Assembly (NCBI GenBank): GCA_963761335.1
Contig: CAVXGR010000007.1
Coordinates: 103,651 to 167,650 of the forward strand
Direction of reading: 5' to 3'
Source of the DNA: an uncultured delta proteobacterium
GTDB taxonomy: Bacteria > Desulfobacterota > Binatia > HRBIN30 > BPIQ01
DNA length: 64,000 bases
The first letter of the stretch is position 1, and each line of letters begins with the position of its first letter. The notes beneath the pieces were generated by a model, which was given only the letters and a program-made list of their open reading frames with translations, was not told where the DNA came from and did no database searches. Shown here in pieces: positions 58,631 to 64,000 of this stretch. Made by a program: the position numbers and the translations under genes.

Positions 58631-59938
58631 ATGGATTTCTCGATCACCGACGACCAGCGCGCCCTCTCCGACCTCGCCGGGCAGATTCTCGGCGACCACG
58701 CCGCCCTCGAGCGACTCAAGGGCATCGAGGCCAGCGACGAGCGCTGGGACCGCGAGCTGTGGGCGCAACTCGCCAAGGCCGGCATCCTCGGCGCGGCGCT
58801 GCCGGAGGAGCTCGGCGGCAGCGGCGGCAGCTTCGTCGAGGCCTGTCTGATCCTCGAGCAGCAGGGGCGGCACCCAGCGCTCGTTCCGTTGCTGCACACC
58901 GTCGTCTCCGCGGCCATGCCCATTGCCCGCTTCGGCTCTGCCGCGCAGCAGCAGCGCTGGCTGCCCGGGGTCATCGCCGGCGACGTCGTGCTCAGCGCGG
59001 CGCTGGCCGAGCCCGGCAGCGAGGCGCGGCAGCCGTCGACCGCGGCCAAGCAGGAAGGCGGCGTCTGGCGCCTCACCGGCACCAAGATCACCGTGCCGAT
59101 GGCGCACGCGGCGGCCGCCGTGCTGGTGCCGGCGCGCGCCGCCGACGGCCGTATCGGCGTCTTCCTGGTCGACCCGAAGTCGCCCGGAGTGACCCTGTCG
59201 GCGCAGGACGCCACCAACTGGGAGAAGCAGTTCGTCATGGAGCTCTCCAGCGTCGGCGTCGCCGCCGACGGCGTCCTCGGATCGCTCGACAACGGCGCCG
59301 AGATCCTCGACTGGATCGTCGACCGCACCACCACCGGCCTCTGTGCCATCGCCGCCGGCGTCTGTCGGGAAGCAGTGCGCCTCACCGCCGAGTACGCTTC
59401 CAACCGCAAGCAGTTCGACAAACCGATCGCCATGTTCCAGGCGGTCGGCCAGCGCATGGCCGACTCCTACATCGACAACGAGGCGGTCAACCTCACCATG
59501 TGGCAGGCGGCCACGCGCCTCGCGGGCGACATCCCCTCGGCAAAGGAGATCTCCACGGCCAAGTACTGGGCCAGCGAAGGCGGCCATCGCATCGGCCACG
59601 CGGCGCTGCACATCCACGGCGGCATCAGCATCGACATCGACTATCCGATCCACCGCTACTTCCTGTGGGCCAAGCAGATCGAGAACACCCTCGGCGCCGC
59701 GACGCCGCACCTCACGCGCCTCGGCGCGCTCATCGCCGCCGGCGCCCGCGATCGAGCGTGCATACGGGCGCATTTGTCGCTATCGTCCCCAAGAAAAGAG
59801 GGGGCGCGCGATGGCAACCTACGACACGGTGATCAGGGGCGGCATGGTGGTCGACGGTACCCGCATGCCGCGGCGGCGCTGCGACGTCGGCATCTCCGGC
59901 GGCAGGGTCGCCGCCCTCGGCCATCTGCGCGCCGGTGA
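58631..59938 (+). CDS. Acyl-CoA dehydrogenase, FadE27/ChsE5-like (copy 1); C-terminus replaced by read-through across the duplication junction
   Basis: MDFS, RKQFDKPIAMFQAV, HIHGGI; homology to copy 2 ends at ..LIAA near 59740. Confidence 0.85.
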   Translation: MDFSITDDQRALSDLAGQILGDHAALERLKGIEASDERWDRELWAQLAKAGILGAALPEELGGSGGSFVEACLILEQQGRHPALVPLLHTVVSAAMPIARFGSAAQQQRWLPGVIAGDVVLSAALAEPGSEARQPSTAAKQEGGVWRLTGTKITVPMAHAAAAVLVPARAADGRIGVFLVDPKSPGVTLSAQDATNWEKQFVMELSSVGVAADGVLGSLDNGAEILDWIVDRTTTGLCAIAAGVCREAVRLTAEYASNRKQFDKPIAMFQAVGQRMADSYIDNEAVNLTMWQAATRLAGDIPSAKEISTAKYWASEGGHRIGHAALHIHGGISIDIDYPIHRYFLWAKQIENTLGAATPHLTRLGALIAAGARDRACIRAHLSLSSPRKEGARDGNLRHGDQGRHGGRRYPHAAAALRRRHLRRQGRRPRPSARR

Positions 59939-61496
59939 CGCCGCCCGGGTGATCGACGCCGAGGGCATGGTGGTGGCTCCCGGCTTCGTCGACCTGCACA
60001 CCCACTACGACGCCCAGGTGTTCTGGGACCCCTACTGCTCCCTCTCCGGATGGCACGGCGTCACCTCCGTCGTCATCGGCAACTGTGGCTTCGGCTTCGC
60101 CCCGGTGCGGCCCGAGGACCGCGAGCGCGCCATGCGCTCGATGACGCGCGTCGAGGCCATCCCCTACAACGCCATGAAGGCCGGCATGCCGTGGGACTGG
60201 ATCACCTATCCGGAGTTCCTCGAAAGTCTCGAGCGGGTGCCCAAGTCGATCAACCTGCGCCCCTTCATGCCGGTGGGCGCCCTGCTCGTCTGGGTGCTCG
60301 GCCTCGAGCGGGCCAAGGCCGGGGACATGCCCACCGACGCCGAGCACGCCGAGATGCGCCGCCTGCTGCACGAAGCCATGGACTGCGGCGCCGGCGGCTG
60401 GTCGGCGCAGCGCCTCGAGCCCGGCAGCGGCGCCGAGGTGCAGCGCGACTTCGACGGCACGCCGATGGTCTCCGACGTCATGCGCGACGAGACCTGCGAG
60501 CACCTGGCCGCAGTGCTGGCGGAACGCAACCAGGGCTTCATCCAGATGACCCTGGCCAAGGCCGACGGCTCGACGCTGGAGAAGCTGGAGCGCATCGCCG
60601 AGATCGGCGGACGGCCGATCCTGTGGAACGCCATCATCGCCTTCGACAACAACCCCGAGATCCACCGCAGCCAGCTCGCCTGGCTGCAGAGCTGCCGCGA
60701 CCGCGGCCTGCCGATCTACGGCCAGGGCGTCACCACCGACGCCGGATTCACCTTCTCCTTCGACGAGTGGAACCTCTTCGACGAGATCGAGAGCTGGCGC
60801 GAGGCGACCACCGGCACGGTCGAAGAGCGCCTCGCGAAGCTCTCGGACCCGGGGCGCCGCCCGGCGCTGCGCGAGAACCGCCCGTGGATCACCCTCAGCT
60901 CCATCGAGAAGATCGTCGTCGCCGAGACCTTCTGCGAGAAGACCCGCGGCTTCGTCAACGAGACCATCGGCGACGTCGCCGCCGAGCTCGGGGTCCACCC
61001 GGTCGACGCGCTGCTCGACATCGCCGTCGCCGACGGCCTGCAGGCGACCTTCTTCTCGCTCCCCGCCAACGCCAACATCGACGGCTTTCGCGAGCTCATG
61101 CTCGATCCCTATGTGATTCCCGGGGTATCCGACGGCGGCGCCCACACGCGCTTTCTCACCGCCGGCCGCTATCCCACCGACACCATCCTGCGCGCCACCC
61201 GCGACAACCCGATCCTCTCGCTGGAGGAAGTGCACTGGAAGCTCTCGGCGCTGCCGGCCTACTGCGCCGGCTTCACCGATCGCGGCACTCTCGAGCCCGG
61301 CAAGGCCGCCGACATCGTCGTCTACGACCTCGAGCGCCTGGCGATGACGCCGGTCGAAAAGGCGCACGACTTCCCCGCCAACGAGTGGCGCCGCATCCAG
61401 CGCGGCGTCGGCTACCGCCATGTCCTCGTCAACGGCGAGGTCACCATCGAAGACGACCGGGAGACGGGGGTCGCTGCGGGGCGGTTGTTGCGATGA
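59811..61496 (+). CDS. N-acyl-D-amino-acid deacylase family amidohydrolase (copy 2)
   Basis: Same as copy 1 except H>R, V>I and H>S substitutions. Confidence 0.92.
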   Translation: MATYDTVIRGGMVVDGTRMPRRRCDVGISGGRVAALGHLRAGDAARVIDAEGMVVAPGFVDLHTHYDAQVFWDPYCSLSGWHGVTSVVIGNCGFGFAPVRPEDRERAMRSMTRVEAIPYNAMKAGMPWDWITYPEFLESLERVPKSINLRPFMPVGALLVWVLGLERAKAGDMPTDAEHAEMRRLLHEAMDCGAGGWSAQRLEPGSGAEVQRDFDGTPMVSDVMRDETCEHLAAVLAERNQGFIQMTLAKADGSTLEKLERIAEIGGRPILWNAIIAFDNNPEIHRSQLAWLQSCRDRGLPIYGQGVTTDAGFTFSFDEWNLFDEIESWREATTGTVEERLAKLSDPGRRPALRENRPWITLSSIEKIVVAETFCEKTRGFVNETIGDVAAELGVHPVDALLDIAVADGLQATFFSLPANANIDGFRELMLDPYVIPGVSDGGAHTRFLTAGRYPTDTILRATRDNPILSLEEVHWKLSALPAYCAGFTDRGTLEPGKAADIVVYDLERLAMTPVEKAHDFPANEWRRIQRGVGYRHVLVNGEVTIEDDRETGVAAGRLLR

Positions 61497-61696
61497 GCCC
61501 GCCGGTGTCTCGGTACTCGGGCTATCGGGTTCTCGGTTCACGGGTTTGCGGGTTCTCGAGCTCGTGAAAGGACCATCAGCTGCGCTCCCCACCCCGAGAA
61601 CCCGCGAACTCGAAAGCTCGCAAACCTCGACACAATTCCGCCATTCCCCTAAGAACAACTGAGCCACCGAGATACTGAGAAACCGAGGTACTGAGA

Positions 61697-62878
61697 ATGA
61701 GATTATCGTATAGCCCCGAACATGAAGCCCTGCGCCAGGAGCTGCGCCGGTATTACGCCAAGCTCCTGACTCCGGAGATCCGCGCCGAGGTGTCGCGCAG
61801 CGAGGGGGTCGGCCCGATCGTCCGCCGCGTCGTCCTTCAGATGGGCGCCGACGGCTGGCTCGGCATCGGCTGGCCCAAGGAGTACGGCGGCCGCGGCATG
61901 ACGCCCATCGAGCAGTTCATCTTCTTCGACGAGTCGATGCGCGCCGGCGCCCCGGTGCCCATGCTGACGGTGAACTCGGTGGCGCCGACCATCATGCAGT
62001 ACGGCTCCGAGGAGCAGAAGAGCTTCTACCTGCCGAAGATCCTCAAGGGCGAGATTCACTTCGCCATCGGCTACACCGAGCCCAACGCCGGCACCGACCT
62101 CGCCTCGCTGAAGACGCGCGCCGTGCGCGAGGGCGACGAGTTCGTCATCAACGGGCAGAAGACCTTCACCAGCCTGGCCACCGACGCCGACTACGTCTGG
62201 CTGGCGGTGCGCACCGACCCGGAGGCCCCCAAGCACAAGGGCATCTCCATCCTCATCGTCCCCACCGGCGTCGAGGGCTTCCGCTGCGCGCCGATCAAGA
62301 ACATGGGAGAGCTGAACACCAACCAGACCTTCTACGACGACGTGCGCGTGCCCGCCGGCAACCTGGTGGGACGGCTGAACGGCGGCTGGAAGCTGATCAC
62401 CAACCAGCTCAATCTCGAGCGCGTCACCCTGTGCAGCTCGGGAATGATGGAGGGCTGCTACGAGGACGTCGTCCACTGGGCGAAGACGACGCGGCGCGCC
62501 GACGGCAGTCGCGTCATCGACCAGCCGTGGGTGCAGCAGAACCTGGCGCGCATTCACACGCGTCTCGACTTTCTGCGGCTGATGAACTTCAAGGTCGCCT
62601 GGGGCGCCGAGCAGAACCAGCCGCTCAATCCGGCGCACGCCTCGACCATCAAGGTCTTCGGCACCGAGTTCTACTGCGAGGCCTGCCGGCTGATGCTGGA
62701 GATCCTCGGCCCGGCCGGCAATCTGCGGCCGGGCTCGGCCGAGGCGGCGCTCAACGGCCGCGTCGGCTTCCTGCTGCGCTCCATGCACATTCTCACCTTC
62801 GGCGGCGGCACCAACGAGCTGCAGCGCGACCTGATCGCGCTCTTCGGTCTCGGCATGCCGGTGCAGCCGCGCTTCTGA
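61697..62878 (+). CDS. Acyl-CoA dehydrogenase, FadE26-like (copy 2)
   Basis: Same as copy 1 except GVDG>GVEG and CDP>CAP. Confidence 0.88.
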   Translation: MRLSYSPEHEALRQELRRYYAKLLTPEIRAEVSRSEGVGPIVRRVVLQMGADGWLGIGWPKEYGGRGMTPIEQFIFFDESMRAGAPVPMLTVNSVAPTIMQYGSEEQKSFYLPKILKGEIHFAIGYTEPNAGTDLASLKTRAVREGDEFVINGQKTFTSLATDADYVWLAVRTDPEAPKHKGISILIVPTGVEGFRCAPIKNMGELNTNQTFYDDVRVPAGNLVGRLNGGWKLITNQLNLERVTLCSSGMMEGCYEDVVHWAKTTRRADGSRVIDQPWVQQNLARIHTRLDFLRLMNFKVAWGAEQNQPLNPAHASTIKVFGTEFYCEACRLMLEILGPAGNLRPGSAEAALNGRVGFLLRSMHILTFGGGTNELQRDLIALFGLGMPVQPRF

Positions 62879-62887
62879 GGAGGCACG

Positions 62888-64000
62888 ATGGATTTCTCGA
62901 TCACCGACGACCAGCGCGCCCTCTCCGACCTCGCCGGGCAGATTCTCGGCGACCACGCCGCCCTCGAGCGACTCAAGGGCATCGAGGCCAGCGACGAGCG
63001 CTGGGACCGCGAGCTGTGGGCGCAGCTCGCCAAGGCCGGCATCCTCGGCGCGGCGCTGCCGGAGGAGCTCGGCGGCAGCGGCGGCAGCTTCGTCGAGGCC
63101 TGTCTGATCCTCGAGCAGCAGGGGCGGCACCCAGCTCTCGTTCCGTTGCTGCACACCGTCGTCTCCGCGGCCATGCCCATTGCCCGCTTCGGCTCCGCCG
63201 CGCAGCAGCAGCGCTGGCTGCCCGGGGTCATCGCCGGCGACGTGGTGCTCAGCGCGGCGCTGGCCGAGCCCGGCAGCGAGGCGCGGCAGCCGTCGACCGC
63301 GGCCAAGCAGGAAGGCGGCGTCTGGCGCCTCACCGGCACCAAGATCACCGTGCCGATGGCGCACGCGGCGGCCGCCGTGCTGGTGCCGGCGCGCGCCGCC
63401 GACGGCCGTATCGGCGTCTTCCTGGTCGACCCGAAGTCGCCCGGAGTGACCCTGTCGGCGCAGGACGCCACCAACTGGGAGAAGCAGTTCGTCATGGAGC
63501 TCTCCAGCGTCGGCGTCGCCGCCGACGGCGTCCTCGGGTCGCTCGACAACGGCGCCGAGATCCTCGACTGGATCGTCGATCGCACCACCACCGGCCTCTG
63601 TGCCATCGCCGCCGGCGTCTGTCAGGAAGCAGTGCGCCTCACCGCCGAGTACGCTTCCAACCGCAAGCAGTTCGACAAGCCGATCGCCATGTTCCAGGCG
63701 GTCGGCCAGCGCATGGCCGACTCCTACATCGACAACGAGGCGGTCAACCTCACCATGTGGCAGGCGGCCACGCGCCTCGCGGGCGACATCCCCTCGGCAA
63801 AGGAGATCTCCACGGCCAAGTACTGGGCCAGCGAAGGCGGCCATCGCATCGGCCACGCGGCGCTCCACATCCACGGCGGCATCAGCATCGACATCGACTA
63901 TCCGATCCACCGCTACTTCCTGTGGGCCAAGCAGATCGAGAACACCCTCGGCGCCGCGACGCCGCACCTCACCCGGCTCGGCGCGCTCATCGCCGCCGAG
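62888..64000 (+). CDS. Acyl-CoA dehydrogenase, FadE27-like (copy 2; runs off the window)
   Basis: ATG at 62888 after GAGGAGG; matches copy 1 up to ..LIAAE. Confidence 0.88.
   Translation, partial: MDFSITDDQRALSDLAGQILGDHAALERLKGIEASDERWDRELWAQLAKAGILGAALPEELGGSGGSFVEACLILEQQGRHPALVPLLHTVVSAAMPIARFGSAAQQQRWLPGVIAGDVVLSAALAEPGSEARQPSTAAKQEGGVWRLTGTKITVPMAHAAAAVLVPARAADGRIGVFLVDPKSPGVTLSAQDATNWEKQFVMELSSVGVAADGVLGSLDNGAEILDWIVDRTTTGLCAIAAGVCQEAVRLTAEYASNRKQFDKPIAMFQAVGQRMADSYIDNEAVNLTMWQAATRLAGDIPSAKEISTAKYWASEGGHRIGHAALHIHGGISIDIDYPIHRYFLWAKQIENTLGAATPHLTRLGALIAAE

Larger units (their letters stand above)
55495..64000 (+). repeat. ~4.25 kb tandem duplication, junction at ~59740
   Basis: Offsets of 4248 bp (deacylase) and 4257 bp (dehydrogenases); near-identical CDS with scattered SNPs. 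Confidence 0.95.

Noticed and set aside
59343..59810. N-terminal extensions of the deacylase ORFs (also 55065-55562)
   Set aside because: They overlap other genes; the family N-terminus MATYDTVIRGG with a GAGGGGG RBS marks the real start

Overview
Very GC-rich bacterial DNA. The dockerin-like Cys-flanked tail, Pro/Thr-repeat surface proteins, FadE26/27-type dehydrogenases and sigma54 systems resemble Candidatus Binatia or related Deltaproteobacteria; this is inference only. The window holds about 50 CDS and no rRNA, tRNA, CRISPR array or transposase. Main blocks: (1) an NtrC-type two-component pair; (2) a DUF6502/DUF5666 operon with three palindromic operator-like boxes in a divergent promoter; (3) GH63 and GH5 glycosidases and ctaA; (4) a sigma54-type pspA facing two paralogous zinc-ribbon membrane Ser/Thr kinases; (5) a HOD/AqdC-like cofactor-free dioxygenase; (6) a cyclic-nucleotide signalling cluster with two adenylate cyclases, a cNMP-gated MscS, a GAF kinase, a metallophosphoesterase, and a glutaminase-GAF fusion followed by a MinD variant; (7) GTAG-type REP arrays with 25-bp and 192-bp tandem amplifications; (8) a lipoprotein/TPR-barrel/FecR operon; (9) a small AT-richer island encoding a TIR/NDT-like domain fused to an RNA polymerase alpha-CTD mimic beside a Phd-VapC toxin-antitoxin pair; (10) a slightly diverged ~4.25 kb tandem duplication of a deacylase + fadE26/fadE27 block. 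The best candidates for an undescribed system are the TIR-like/alpha-CTD 'decoy' protein and the glutaminase-GAF/MinD module. All family calls come from motif recognition by eye, not from database searches.
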